The position numbers and the translations under genes were made by a program. The notes under the pieces are model-generated. The model saw only the letters and a program-made list of their open reading frames with translations, made no database searches and had not been told where the DNA came from. A stretch of 64,000 nt of DNA from Acidobacteriota bacterium (GTDB taxonomy: Bacteria; Acidobacteriota; Vicinamibacteria; Marinacidobacterales; Marinacidobacteraceae). Numbering within the stretch: the stretch's first letter is position 1; the number at the start of each line of letters is the position of its first letter. The stretch is from positions 7,268 to 71,267 of the forward strand of contig VXNL01000044.1 in the NCBI GenBank assembly GCA_009840635.1. Reading direction: 5' to 3'. This document shows positions 1 through 10,188 of this stretch, piece by piece.

Positions 1-54
1 GGCATCAACCCCGACTGCTGAATCCGAAGCCTAACACGCCCGGGAGCGCGGCCG

Positions 55-879
55 TCAAGTCTGGCAACGGGGGCAGTAGAAGGAGGAGCGGCCCGCGATC
101 GGGATGCGGGCGATCACCTCCCGCCGGCACCTGGGGCAAGGGTCGCCCTCGCGGCCATAGACGAAGAAGCGGGCCGAGGTGCTCTGCCGGCCGGCCTCGC
201 CGTCGCTCAGGTAGAGGATCTCGCGAGTCCGGGTGCTGCGGATCGAGCGGCGCAGCGTCCAGCGGATCGCGCGTTGGAGTTTCGCGGCCTCCCGGTCCCC
301 GAGTTCGGCGGCGTTCCGGGCCGGATGGATGCCGGCCCGCCAGAGCGCCTCGGCCGCCTGGATGTTGCCGATCCCGGCGATCCGGTCCTGATCCATGAGG
401 AGCGACTTCACGGGCCGGCGGCTGGCGCGGAGCAGCGCCACGAGACGCTTTCCCGTGAATGCCGGTCCGAGGGGTTCCGGACCGAGGCGGGCAAGCCGCT
501 CCTCGTCGGCGGGAAGACACATGGAGAAATGGCCGAAGCGGCGCTTGTCCGAGAAGAGGATCCGGCGCCCGCCGGCGATCCCGAGGACCGCGCGGACCGC
601 CGGCGGATCGGCGTCGCCGGGATGGCGGAGCGCCCATTTGCCGCTCATCCCGAGATGGCTGAGGAGCGTGACGCCGCCCCTTTCGAACTCGATGCGCAGG
701 AACTTGCCGCGCCGCCGGACCGCCGCGACCACGCGACCCTCGGTCGCCGCCCGGATCACGCTCTCCGACTGGCCGCGGCGGGTAAGCGGGTCGGGAACCG
801 CGACTTCCTGCAGTCGTTCCCCAGCGAGCCAGGTGGTCAGGTTTTCGCGGTTCGCTTCCGCTTCCGGCAGTTCCGGCAA
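55..879 (-). CDS. mutM: formamidopyrimidine-DNA glycosylase (Fpg/MutM)
   Basis: The ORF starts with TTG followed by PELPE, giving the catalytic Pro2. The C-terminus has a CPRC...CPRC zinc finger. Length is 274 aa. Confidence 0.9.
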   Translation of the reverse strand: MPELPEAEANRENLTTWLAGERLQEVAVPDPLTRRGQSESVIRAATEGRVVAAVRRRGKFLRIEFERGGVTLLSHLGMSGKWALRHPGDADPPAVRAVLGIAGGRRILFSDKRRFGHFSMCLPADEERLARLGPEPLGPAFTGKRLVALLRASRRPVKSLLMDQDRIAGIGNIQAAEALWRAGIHPARNAAELGDREAAKLQRAIRWTLRRSIRSTRTREILYLSDGEAGRQSTSARFFVYGREGDPCPRCRREVIARIPIAGRSSFYCPRCQT

Positions 880-904
880 GTAAGGTGCTCGGGAGGGAGG
901 CCCG

Positions 905-2776
905 CTAGCCGCTCAGGATTTCGCTGACGGCGCGGTGGGCCTCGTCGATGGCGGACTGGGTGTAGGCGTAGGCGCCGGCGTCGGAGTTCGCGATGCGGAT
1001 CCGCCCGAAGGGCCGGCGTCCGATCTCGTTGGGGGCCTCCCCGGGAGCGAAGGGCGGATCCCACAGGGAGTTGAACTCGAAGGCGTAGCCGTGCGGCCAG
1101 CGGTTCACGGTGAGCCCCAGGATGTCGCGGGCCGGGTCGAAGCCCCCGGGACCGAGGGCCCGCGCGAGCTGGCTCCGGGTTTCCCGTTCAAAGGTCTCGA
1201 AGCCCATTTCCAGCAGTTCGTGCTGGCCGGCGGCATGCTGCACCCGGGCGCTGGCTCCCGGCAGACACGGGGTGCGCACCGTGTGGAGCACGATGAGGTC
1301 ATCGGGGCCGCTCGAGAAGTCGTAGCCCCCGATGCTCACCGGAAAGTCGAGAGACACGCTGGCGTGGAACCCGGCGGGGAAGTAGATGTTCGAGGTTCCC
1401 AGCGAAACGAAAGAGGTCCAGTTCCGAATCAGGACGTTCGAATAGACGAGAGGCACCTTCGGGGGATAGGCGAGCGCCTCGCGTTGCTCCTCGGGGAGTT
1501 CGGGCAGCAGGTAGGGAATCACCCGGTTGTAACAGGCGAGCACGACGTGGCCCGCGTGGACGCGAGTCTCCGCGCCGTCCCGGACATAGGTGACGCTGGC
1601 GGGCGCGGCGCCGCCGTCCCGCACCCGAACCGCGGTGCTGTTCAAACGAATGCGGCAGAGGGAGTCGGGACGGTCGAGGGCGCCGTAGTCGAGCCGCGCC
1701 TCGACGATGTCCTCCTGGGTGCTGCCCGCGGCGGCGCCCGGCACCAGTCTGCGCACCAGCAGCCGGGCGAGGGTGGCGTTCCCGTCCGGGAAGTGGAAGA
1801 TGTAGGGATCCGGGTTGTCGTTCGGTTTCGCCGTCAGGCTGAGCCGGGGATGGTCTCCCGCAGCGAGATCCATATCCTGGAACCCGGGATAGCCGAGACC
1901 CCAGAGGTCGAGCGCGGGAACCCCGTCCGGCCCCATGCCGAAGAGCCCGTGAGTGCGCTGCCGGTAGAGCGCCTGGATCTCGGCGCCCATCCCGAGCGCC
2001 TCGAGGAAAGCCTCGTAACTGGTAGCTGCCAGCCGCTCCTTCTTGGCGGTTCCGTCCAGATCGGGCCACGGATCCCCGGGGGCCTCGTAGAGACGCACGA
2101 AGTCGGCGCGCCCGGCCTCGCTCAGGGGGGTCTCGGCGGCAAACTCGGCAGCGGGGCGCCTTCCCATGCCCGTCACCAGACGGTCCTCGCCGAAGTCCTC
2201 GCTGCCGAAGAACACCGAGTTCCGGAGTCCATGGGACCGGTAGAGATCGCGGTCGAAGGCGGTGAAGAAGAGGTCGAGATCGATTCCCAGATCGTCGAGA
2301 AGGCCGTTCACTGCCGGCGAGAAGGTGGAAGGGGAGTCGAGGGATTGGGTGCCGCCGTAACCGAGCACGGTGCGGCCCTCGTGGGTGAACTCGTTGCGCT
2401 TCGCGTGGCCGCCGAAGTCGTCGTGGTTGTCGAGTACCAGGATTCGCGCCTCGGGGAAGGCCTTCCGGTAGAACCAGGCTGCGCTGAGGCCGCTGATGCC
2501 GCCTCCCACCACGACCAGGTCGAAGCTTCCCCCTTCGGTGGCGCCCGAATCGTCCCAGGACCCGCCGTTCTCCACCCGGTCGCGTAGTTCGTGGGCGACC
2601 TCGAAGGAACCCGGGTGGCTGCCGCGCAACCCGGTCAGCGCCGGGGGATAGGGGCCGGTCGGTCCGGACGCCGTACACGCGCCGAACAGCCAGCCGGACG
2701 CCCCCGGGAGCGCGAGAGCCCCCACGCCCATCGGAATCCCGTTCAGGAAGTCCCGCCGGCTGATCTTCCGGTGCAT
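905..2776 (-). CDS. NAD(P)/FAD-dependent oxidoreductase, spermidine dehydrogenase (SpdH)-like, TAT-exported
   Basis: The ATG at 2776-2774 gives MHRKISRRDFLNG, a twin-arginine motif followed by a hydrophobic h-region. A dinucleotide-binding motif (VVVGGGISGL) is present. The track ORF extends a further 40 codons upstream from a GTG, but this ATG matches the signal peptide. Confidence 0.7.
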   Translation of the reverse strand: MHRKISRRDFLNGIPMGVGALALPGASGWLFGACTASGPTGPYPPALTGLRGSHPGSFEVAHELRDRVENGGSWDDSGATEGGSFDLVVVGGGISGLSAAWFYRKAFPEARILVLDNHDDFGGHAKRNEFTHEGRTVLGYGGTQSLDSPSTFSPAVNGLLDDLGIDLDLFFTAFDRDLYRSHGLRNSVFFGSEDFGEDRLVTGMGRRPAAEFAAETPLSEAGRADFVRLYEAPGDPWPDLDGTAKKERLAATSYEAFLEALGMGAEIQALYRQRTHGLFGMGPDGVPALDLWGLGYPGFQDMDLAAGDHPRLSLTAKPNDNPDPYIFHFPDGNATLARLLVRRLVPGAAAGSTQEDIVEARLDYGALDRPDSLCRIRLNSTAVRVRDGGAAPASVTYVRDGAETRVHAGHVVLACYNRVIPYLLPELPEEQREALAYPPKVPLVYSNVLIRNWTSFVSLGTSNIYFPAGFHASVSLDFPVSIGGYDFSSGPDDLIVLHTVRTPCLPGASARVQHAAGQHELLEMGFETFERETRSQLARALGPGGFDPARDILGLTVNRWPHGYAFEFNSLWDPPFAPGEAPNEIGRRPFGRIRIANSDAGAYAYTQSAIDEAHRAVSEILSG

Positions 2777-3010
2777 CCCGAGTTCGCGGTCGCTCCGCCG
2801 GGTGTCGCCGGCCGAAGGAACGGGGTCTCGATCGCTGGTCATCCCGCCTTGAATCTTCCCACGTTCCGCGCCGCTGCGAGTCGAGGTCTCCTGCACCGTC
2901 CGTTAAATTGGCCATTCCGTCCAGTCCCCCGGAGTGCCTTCCATGCAGAGATCGAAGTCCCGACCCGAGACGCTCCGCGTCCTCTCCGCGCTCGCCGGGT
3001 AGCGCAGGCA

Positions 3011-4180
3011 ATGCGACGCCGCCGGTTTCTGACTTCGGTCGCAGGTGTCGCGGTGGTCTCGGGCTACCGCGGGGTCCCGGCGGCCACGCGGCTGAACGGA
3101 CGGATCGGCATCGTCGGTGGAGGCATCCTGGGATGCTCCATCGCGCTCCACCTCGCACGCCGGGGCGCCGAGGTCACCGTCTTCGAGCGCGAGGGACCCG
3201 CGGCCGGCGCCACCGGGAACTCCTTCGCCTGGATGAACGCCAGTTTCTCGAAGCGTCCGCACTCGTATCACGAGCTGAACTGGCGGGGTCTCCAGGGCTG
3301 GCGGCGGCTCGAGGCCGAGCTCGGCGGCGCGCTGGAAGTGAGTTGGGGGGGCAGCCTGGAGTACCGCATCGAGGCCGATCGCGTGCGGCTCCTGCACGAG
3401 CAGCTCGCGCGGAGTCAGCGCTGGGGCTACCCCATCCACCAGGTGGACGAAGCCCGCTTCCTTGAACTCGAGCCCGGACTGACTCCCGAGGCGCCGGTCC
3501 TCGCCGCGATCTGGGCGAGTGCCGAGGGACACATCGAGCCGCGCTCGGCGACCCGAGCGCTGTGGGCGGCGGCCGAAGCCGCCGGGGCGAAATTCCTCAT
3601 TGCCGAGGTGAATGCGCTGGACATCGGTTACGGTGTCCTGCGCGGCGTCCGGACCTCGGCAGGAGACCATGAACTCGACACGCTGGTCCTCGCAGCCGGC
3701 GTTCAGGCGCCCGAGCTGGCGCGCCAGGCGGGGGTCGACGTACCCCTCATCGAGTCGCCGGGCATCCTCGCCCACTCGACTCCGGCGAAGACGGTGGTGA
3801 ACCGGATCGTGCTGGCGCCGAGCATCCACGTGAAGCAGGCCGCCGGCGGCAAGGTGGTGGCCGGCGTCGGCTTCGCGGGTGCGGGCTCGACGGACCACTC
3901 GCGCGCGGTGGGCGAGGAGATCTTCCGGGAGACCGCCAAGGTCCTTCCGGCGGCGGCCGGCCTGGAGGTGGACGAGGTCAGCCTCGGCTACCGGGTGCTA
4001 CCGAGAGACGGGCACCCCATCGTCGGTTTCGATCCGGCGGCGCCCGGCATCTACTTCGCTTCGATGCACAGCGGGATCACGATGGCTCCCGTCATGGGGA
4101 TGTTCGCCGCCATGGAAATCCTCGACGACGTCGAGGTCACGCTGCTCTCGGACTACCGGCTCGCGCGCTTTTCTTCCTAG
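3011..4180 (+). CDS. FAD-dependent oxidoreductase (DAO family, glycine/D-amino-acid oxidase-like) with TAT signal
   Basis: The ATG at 3011 gives MRRRRFLTSVAGVAV, a TAT motif. The N-terminus has IGIVGGGILG...EVTVFE, the FAD-binding fold of the DAO family. Confidence 0.75.
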   Translation: MRRRRFLTSVAGVAVVSGYRGVPAATRLNGRIGIVGGGILGCSIALHLARRGAEVTVFEREGPAAGATGNSFAWMNASFSKRPHSYHELNWRGLQGWRRLEAELGGALEVSWGGSLEYRIEADRVRLLHEQLARSQRWGYPIHQVDEARFLELEPGLTPEAPVLAAIWASAEGHIEPRSATRALWAAAEAAGAKFLIAEVNALDIGYGVLRGVRTSAGDHELDTLVLAAGVQAPELARQAGVDVPLIESPGILAHSTPAKTVVNRIVLAPSIHVKQAAGGKVVAGVGFAGAGSTDHSRAVGEEIFRETAKVLPAAAGLEVDEVSLGYRVLPRDGHPIVGFDPAAPGIYFASMHSGITMAPVMGMFAAMEILDDVEVTLLSDYRLARFSS

Positions 4181-4364
4181 CCGGACAGACGTTTTCCCAA
4201 CGCGGTTGGGATCGGTTTCCACCAAACCCCCCTTCGGGCTGCCGCTTGGGGATGGGTGGGTCTTCGCGCGACAGCCCCCGGCAACGCCGGACGCCGGATG
4301 TAAGGAGGTGAACTTTCCAGCGCAATGGAAATATACCACATCCGGAGGCTCATAAGCCACTGAA

Positions 4365-5324
4365 TTACCGAGTGTCATAGGCCCGGAAAACGATCTCCAG
4401 ATCGCGCCGCGCGGTTTCGAAATCGGAACGTGGTCGGCGCGCGGGATTTCGAACCGACCGGAGGAAATCCCTGGCCATCGCAGCAAACCCCATGAGGTCC
4501 GCGAACGGGCCCACCCGGAGCCGGATTCCCCACCCGGCGCGCGACCAGACGTAGAGCCCGTTGCTCTCGAAGACCACACGGCCGTCCTCACCTTCCACGA
4601 ACGAGTGCTGCAGGATTCCTCCCGGGAGCGAGGGGGTGTTCCAGCCGTAGCGGACCTCGGCGCGGATTCCGGACGGGTATTCGAGTTCGAGATGAGCGTG
4701 CCGCTCCGGCTCGCCTCCGTCCGGGAAGTCCGCGCGCACCGCCGCCGGCTCGGGGCCGACGATGGCGCCGAGAAGCGCGACGAAATGGATGCCGCCTTCG
4801 AGCAGGGCGCCGTGCCCGGCCCGCCAGTCGGATGGCTGCTGCCGGGTGAGCTTCGACACACGGATCCGGCGCAGCGGCCCGATTTCCGGGAGCCACCCCC
4901 GGAGCCGTCCCAGGGACGGCTTGTACAGGTAGTTCTCCGCGACCATCAACGACCCGGGCGGCCGCCCGGCCAGTGCGCGGCCGATCGCGTCGACTTCGGT
5001 GCGTGACTGCGCCATCGGCTTTTCCACGAGCACCGACTTCCCGGCTTCGAGCGCGGCGACCGTTTGGGCGGCATGGTGTTCGAGCGGCGAACAGATGGCG
5101 ACCGCCGCGATGTCCGGACGCTCCAGAGCCTCCTCGAAACCGGCGAGCGCCTCACCGGAGAACCGAGCCGCGAGGGCCCGGGCGGACTCGGAACTCCGGC
5201 TGGTGAACGCGAGGCGCGCGCGGGACGCCAGGTTGGCCGCGTGCACGCGGGCGATCCGGCCGCAACCGACGATGGCGACCGCCGGACGCCCCGGGGCCGC
5301 GTCCGCGGCTGGCTCTCCGGTCAC
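4365..5324 (-). CDS. Gfo/Idh/MocA family oxidoreductase
   Basis: N-terminal Rossmann motif (VAIVGCGRIARVHA), EKP motif, 319 aa. Its GTG start overlaps the stop of the upstream GMC gene (GTGA). Confidence 0.8.
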   Translation of the reverse strand: MTGEPAADAAPGRPAVAIVGCGRIARVHAANLASRARLAFTSRSSESARALAARFSGEALAGFEEALERPDIAAVAICSPLEHHAAQTVAALEAGKSVLVEKPMAQSRTEVDAIGRALAGRPPGSLMVAENYLYKPSLGRLRGWLPEIGPLRRIRVSKLTRQQPSDWRAGHGALLEGGIHFVALLGAIVGPEPAAVRADFPDGGEPERHAHLELEYPSGIRAEVRYGWNTPSLPGGILQHSFVEGEDGRVVFESNGLYVWSRAGWGIRLRVGPFADLMGFAAMARDFLRSVRNPARRPRSDFETARRDLEIVFRAYDTR

Positions 5325-6841
5325 GACGTTCTCCGGTTCACGATTCCGTCCGCGATGCGAAGGGCTCCCGCCGCAATGGTGAGGCTGGGGTTGACCCCTC
5401 CGGAAGCGGGGAAGGTGCTGCCGTCGGTGACGAAGAGGTTGTCGAGCCCGCGCACCCGGCCCGCCGGGTCGAGCGCCGCATGATCCGCCTCGTTTCCCAT
5501 CCGGAGGGTGCCCACCGCATGGGAGAACGACGAAATGGGCCAGACGTGGGTCGCGAGCGCGCCCGCCGCGCGGAGGATCTTCCGCGCTCGCCGTACGAGC
5601 AGCCGCAGCCGGTCGTGGTCGGCTCTCCGGTAGCGGTGCTCGACCCGGACCCGCTCCATGCCGAACGCGTCCGTCTCCTCTCCCAGAAAGACCCGATTCG
5701 CCGGGTCCGGTTCGTCCTCCGCGACGCAGAGGAGATTCTGGAGCCGGTCCACGAGCGGCTTCGCGAGGAAGGCGCCGGCGACCTTCCCGGCGGCTCGCCG
5801 CACGACGCCGGCGTCCGGGGTGTAGATGTCCTGGATGACTCCGACCGCGAGGCCGTCGCGCTCGCGAACCTCATCGTAGAAGTCGGTGAAACAGACCTGC
5901 TTGTGGAACACCGCTTCCGGGTTCGTCCGGAAGGGGAAGAGTCCGGCGACCACCGCGTTGCAGTGTCGCATGAGGCACCGGCCGACGGGAAGCGCGTCCG
6001 TGCCGCCTCCACCAAGTCCGGACCGGAGGAGGATCGCCGGGCTGCCGAGGGCGCCGGCGGCGAGCACGAAGATGGGCGCCTCGAACGAGACCGTCTCGCC
6101 CGATTCCTGATCGAAGCACTCGGCGCCGACCGCCTGCGCGCCACGGATCTGAAGCCTCGAGACCACGATTCCAGAGCGGACCGTGAGTCCCTTCCCTTCG
6201 GCGCGGCGGAGGATTCCGGCAGCGTCGTTCTTGGCGTCGATGGCGCAGGGGAAGCCGTCGCAGGTGTTGCAGCGCACGCACTGCGGTCGCTCCGCCCCCA
6301 AGAAGTTGATCGCCAGCGGGATCGGAAACGGCCGGAAACCGAGTCTCTCGCCCGCCCGCCGGATGCGTTCCGCCGGGGCCGCCCAGGGAATGGAAGGGAA
6401 GGGGTAGGGCCCCGACCGCGGGGGCTCGAGAGGATCGGCGCCCGCGGCGCCGTGGACGCCGAGCAGCCGCTCCGCCTCCGCATAGAAGGGCTCCAGTTCG
6501 TGGTAGTCGAAAGGCCAGCGGTCGAAGTCCGAGGGTCGGAGCCGGAGGGAGGCGCCGCCGTAGAACACCGACATCCCGCCGACGGTCTCGTTCATCGGGA
6601 GCGGGCGATACCGGCGGTCGCCAAGTTGCCGCACCGAAAGCGGCGTCTTTCCCCGGTAACGGAGATCGCTCAGGATCGCGCGGGGATTCCAGTCGCCCTC
6701 GTCCCGGCGCGGCCAGCGTCCGCGCTCGAGAACCACGACCCGGGCCCCGGCCTCGGTGAGCCGGTGGGCGGCGAGGGCTCCGCCGAGGCCGGAGCCGACG
6801 ACGACGGCGTCCCAGCCCGCGGTATCGTCCGAGCGGGACAC
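5321..6841 (-). CDS. GMC family oxidoreductase
   Basis: N-terminal WDAVVVGSGLGGALAA FAD motif, 506 aa, GMC C-terminal domain features. Verified GTG start. Confidence 0.85.
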   Translation of the reverse strand: MSRSDDTAGWDAVVVGSGLGGALAAHRLTEAGARVVVLERGRWPRRDEGDWNPRAILSDLRYRGKTPLSVRQLGDRRYRPLPMNETVGGMSVFYGGASLRLRPSDFDRWPFDYHELEPFYAEAERLLGVHGAAGADPLEPPRSGPYPFPSIPWAAPAERIRRAGERLGFRPFPIPLAINFLGAERPQCVRCNTCDGFPCAIDAKNDAAGILRRAEGKGLTVRSGIVVSRLQIRGAQAVGAECFDQESGETVSFEAPIFVLAAGALGSPAILLRSGLGGGGTDALPVGRCLMRHCNAVVAGLFPFRTNPEAVFHKQVCFTDFYDEVRERDGLAVGVIQDIYTPDAGVVRRAAGKVAGAFLAKPLVDRLQNLLCVAEDEPDPANRVFLGEETDAFGMERVRVEHRYRRADHDRLRLLVRRARKILRAAGALATHVWPISSFSHAVGTLRMGNEADHAALDPAGRVRGLDNLFVTDGSTFPASGGVNPSLTIAAGALRIADGIVNRRTS

Positions 6842-6857
6842 GGCCCGAAGGAGTCCG

Positions 6858-7643
6858 TTACCCGGCGGCGCCGGCCTCGAAAAACGCCGTTGCGGCGACC
6901 GCCAGGATCAGGACCCAGGCGCCGTAGTGGAAGGCTTCGCGCCGGAACGACTCCACCCGGGGCAGATCGGGCCGGAACTTCCCGGACATGTTCCGCTGGA
7001 TGTAGGTCTTGTAGTACTCGACGAGGAAGCGCTCCAGCCCTCCGTTCATGTAGATCAGGATTCCGAGCGCGACGGGCTCACCGGGAGTCTGGAGCCAGTA
7101 GAAGAGCGGCGAGGCGACCGCCAGCGTGAGCCCGGAGCGGAAGAACTTGAGGGTGTGGAACCCCTCGAAGGGGGCGTCCTTCCAGGCGCCGCCTCCCGAG
7201 ACCAGCAGGCCGGTCAGGTAGGCGACCACCAGGTAAGCCCAGAAACCCGTCACCGGCGTCCCGATGAAGAGCACCGCGATGACTCCGGATACGAGGACCA
7301 CGCCGGCCGCGATCCGGAGCCCGCGGCTCCTCACCGGCCGCCCGAGGATCGTGAGCGCCGAGGGGACGAAGTACTTCTCCTGCGGCTCCTCGCGGAAGCA
7401 GCCCTTGTGGAGTTCGGTGAGGAAGCGCTCGAGCCCCATCACCAGGAAGAAGAGCTGAACCAGTCCCAGCTCGGCGACCCGTTCGTGAAGGACGGGAACC
7501 GCGAGCAGGAACGCGAAGATGACGAGCGAGAAGAGGATGCTGCGCGGAAACGTGCGCGGCTTGAACCCTTCCCAGGGCGAGTCCTTGAAGCCGCCCCAGA
7601 GCGAGGTGTAGAGCCCTGAGAGCGCCGCGACCAGGAATCCCAT
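6858..7643 (-). CDS. hypothetical polytopic membrane protein with internal tandem duplication
   Basis: Two homologous halves (GGFKDSPWEGF...GLERFLTELHK and GGAWKDAPFEGF...GLERFLVEYYK) with hydrophobic helices. Starts 17 nt after the GMC gene ends. Confidence 0.55.
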   Translation of the reverse strand: MGFLVAALSGLYTSLWGGFKDSPWEGFKPRTFPRSILFSLVIFAFLLAVPVLHERVAELGLVQLFFLVMGLERFLTELHKGCFREEPQEKYFVPSALTILGRPVRSRGLRIAAGVVLVSGVIAVLFIGTPVTGFWAYLVVAYLTGLLVSGGGAWKDAPFEGFHTLKFFRSGLTLAVASPLFYWLQTPGEPVALGILIYMNGGLERFLVEYYKTYIQRNMSGKFRPDLPRVESFRREAFHYGAWVLILAVAATAFFEAGAAG

Positions 7644-7716
7644 CAGGTGCGGGCCGCCCCGGCGCCGAGGCGGGGAAGGCCTCCCGAGACGGGGGCCGAC
7701 ACGCGGGCTGGGACTC

Positions 7717-9972
7717 CTAGTTCAAGTCGAACAGGCGCGTGTACTTGACGGTAAGGCTGCGGTTCTGGGGGCCGATCAGCGTGTTCCCGAGGCCTTCGGT
7801 GTCGTTATAGACGATGAACAGACCGGTCCCGGCGGTGTTCAGCCAGTTGAAACGGATGTTCGACGACCAGACATCGGCATCGTCGTTGTACTGGAAGAGC
7901 GTCTGGAGGTAGATAAGGGGGGTGAAGTTCAAGGAGGCCCGGAACTGCCCCAGGTTGGCCACGAAGCTCCCTTCGGCGAGCTCGATATCGTTGTAGAGCC
8001 ACGAGATCGCCGTCACGAGGCGAGTCCCCCAGCGGAGATTCACGGTGGTGTCGAGCGTGCGCTGCTCTCCGGAAAGGAAACCTCCGTAGTCAATGCCGCC
8101 GCTGTAGGAGAGGGCATCGGCGGTGTTCGTGTTCCACCGCCAGCCGGCCTGCCAGTGCGCGTAGGTGCCGGGAGGAACCACGATGCCCTCCCGGATCTCG
8201 AACGGTTCCTCCAGTCCCTCCGTGATGCGGTTGAAGGCGGGGCTGAAGTACCAGCCGTTCTCGAAATCGAAGTGGTTGTCCACGTGCAGCCGGCTGGTCT
8301 CGAGGAAGCCGCCGAGCGTGCGGAAACCGTTGTAGGTGATATGCGGCCGCAGCTCGCGGAAGGCGAAGGGCAGTCCCTCGAAGATCTTCGGCCGGTAGTA
8401 GCCGAACCACCCGTAGTCGAGGCTGCGGTAGGCCTTCCGGCGGAGGAAACCGGCCTCGGGGTTGAAGTTGGCCTGGACCTCCGTCATTCCGAGCCACAGG
8501 CGGATCCGGTTCGTGAAGTACTCGCCGCGTGCCCGGTAGGCGTACTCACCGCCCTCGAGCGCCTCGTAACCCGGAGTCTGGGTTCGCGCCGCGAATCCGC
8601 TGAAGGTGAGCGCCTCGCCGATCCCGAGCTGTCCGTCCACGCCCCAGGTCCGGTTCCAGTCGTCGTCGAGCGCCGCCGCCCCGGTGCCCATCCGGTTCAC
8701 CAACATCGCGCCCAGCGAGGAACGCTCGCCGAACTCCCGGCTCAGGCTCGCCACCGTGAAGTTGTTCGCCGAGACCACCCCGGCCACCTCTTCCGTCTGC
8801 ATGTTCAGGAAGCCCAGGTTGTAGTCGCCGGCCTTTCCCGAGAGCCGCGCGCCACCGAGAATCGGAACCGGCGCTCCGCCGGGGCCGATCCCGATCCGGC
8901 GGCTGAAGAACAGATCGACCGATCCAGGCGCTCCCATCGAGAAGTTCCCGGCATTCTCGAGGAAGAACGGCCGCTTTTCGGGGAAGAACAGATTGAAGCG
9001 GGACAGGTTGATCTGCTGGTCGTCCACCTCGACCTGGGCGAAGTCCGTGTTCCAGGTCAGATCCATGTTGAGGCTGGGGGTGATCCCGACCTTGGCGTCG
9101 GCGCCGAAGTCGTACTGGGTGTGCCAATCCGCCTCGACGGAGTAGTCCTGGCCTCCGGCGCCGAGTGCGTAGGGTGTGATCTGGACGTTACGCGGCGTGC
9201 GCAACTCGAGTCCGTGGAGTTCCCCCGCGGAGGACAACCGGTAGAGGTTGTAGATCCGCTGTATCGGAGACCAGTACGCCTCCTCGCGCTTGCGGCGGAT
9301 GTTTCGCTGGAAGTTGAGTCCCCATGTCTGGGGGCTGTCCGCGTAGCGCAGCGTGCCCAGCGGGATCGCGAACTCGGCCGACCAGCCCTCGCCGTCGATG
9401 TGGGTGGCCACCGTCCAGCTCGCGTCCCAGTTGAGGTTGAAGCCGCCCCCGGAGCCGGTGCCGGCCCGCCGCAACTGGGGACCTCCGCCTCCGAAGCCGC
9501 CGCCGCCTCCGGCGTTGCTCACCTGCCCGTCATATTCGAGGCCCGAGGGGGTGGTTCCGAAAACGAAGCCGTTCTGGAGGTCGTGGTAGGTGTCGAAGAT
9601 GACGCGGAAGGAGTCCGTGTCATCGAGCCCCGAGTCACGGCGCGCGTCGGTGGCGATGATCCCCGACGGATCGCTGTCGTAGAGCCTGGCGCCGATGTAG
9701 ACCGCGTCGTCGTCGAAGAGGATGCGGACCTCGGTGCGCTCGGTGGCCGGCTGGCCCTCAAAGGGTTCCGCCTGGATGAAGTCGGTGAGCGGCTCGGCAG
9801 CCGCCCAGACGTCCTCGTCTAGCCGGCCGTCGATGGCCGGCGCCTCGACGGTCGAGAAGGCGCGGCCGATACGGACGCCGGCCGCGGTCGTTTCGTCTTC
9901 GGTGCCGGTGACGGGGCTCGCCCCGAGGGGCACGCCGGCGAGAACGAGCAGGGTGAGGGCCGAAGAGCGCAT
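7717..9972 (-). CDS. secreted DUF5916 / carbohydrate-binding family 9-like domain protein
   Basis: N-terminal signal peptide, Gly-rich linker, 751 aa. The architecture resembles DUF5916 proteins common in Gemmatimonadota and Bacteroidota. Confidence 0.6.
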   Translation of the reverse strand: MRSSALTLLVLAGVPLGASPVTGTEDETTAAGVRIGRAFSTVEAPAIDGRLDEDVWAAAEPLTDFIQAEPFEGQPATERTEVRILFDDDAVYIGARLYDSDPSGIIATDARRDSGLDDTDSFRVIFDTYHDLQNGFVFGTTPSGLEYDGQVSNAGGGGGFGGGGPQLRRAGTGSGGGFNLNWDASWTVATHIDGEGWSAEFAIPLGTLRYADSPQTWGLNFQRNIRRKREEAYWSPIQRIYNLYRLSSAGELHGLELRTPRNVQITPYALGAGGQDYSVEADWHTQYDFGADAKVGITPSLNMDLTWNTDFAQVEVDDQQINLSRFNLFFPEKRPFFLENAGNFSMGAPGSVDLFFSRRIGIGPGGAPVPILGGARLSGKAGDYNLGFLNMQTEEVAGVVSANNFTVASLSREFGERSSLGAMLVNRMGTGAAALDDDWNRTWGVDGQLGIGEALTFSGFAARTQTPGYEALEGGEYAYRARGEYFTNRIRLWLGMTEVQANFNPEAGFLRRKAYRSLDYGWFGYYRPKIFEGLPFAFRELRPHITYNGFRTLGGFLETSRLHVDNHFDFENGWYFSPAFNRITEGLEEPFEIREGIVVPPGTYAHWQAGWRWNTNTADALSYSGGIDYGGFLSGEQRTLDTTVNLRWGTRLVTAISWLYNDIELAEGSFVANLGQFRASLNFTPLIYLQTLFQYNDDADVWSSNIRFNWLNTAGTGLFIVYNDTEGLGNTLIGPQNRSLTVKYTRLFDLN

Positions 9973-10188
9973 AGCCGGTCAAATTTACCGCGCCGGACGC
10001 CCTTGTGCACGTCCGGAAAACCGCGGCGCCGGGACGCGCCTTTCACGACGGGTGAGAGCCGCGGAACGCGGCGGTGAAAGGACGGTGAAGACCATCGGGA
10101 GACACCGTTTCCGGGCCGTTCCGGCCCCGGCCGCATGACATAGTTCGCGCCGCGCCGCCAACCCGGCGGGAGAGGAGACACGCAGGAC

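Noticed and set aside
1299-3158. 619-aa minus-strand ORF (and similar ORFs at 5338-6483, 8155-9822, 13549-15297, 19851-22319, 22517-23791, 23392-25134, 24209-26350, 43442-45205, 45245-46543, 46727-47932, 50234-51181, 54825-56087, 55042-56061, 57703-59130)
   Set aside because: All are antisense or frame-shifted overlaps of genes with strong domain evidence, with Arg/Pro/Gly-rich translations. They were rejected as non-coding.
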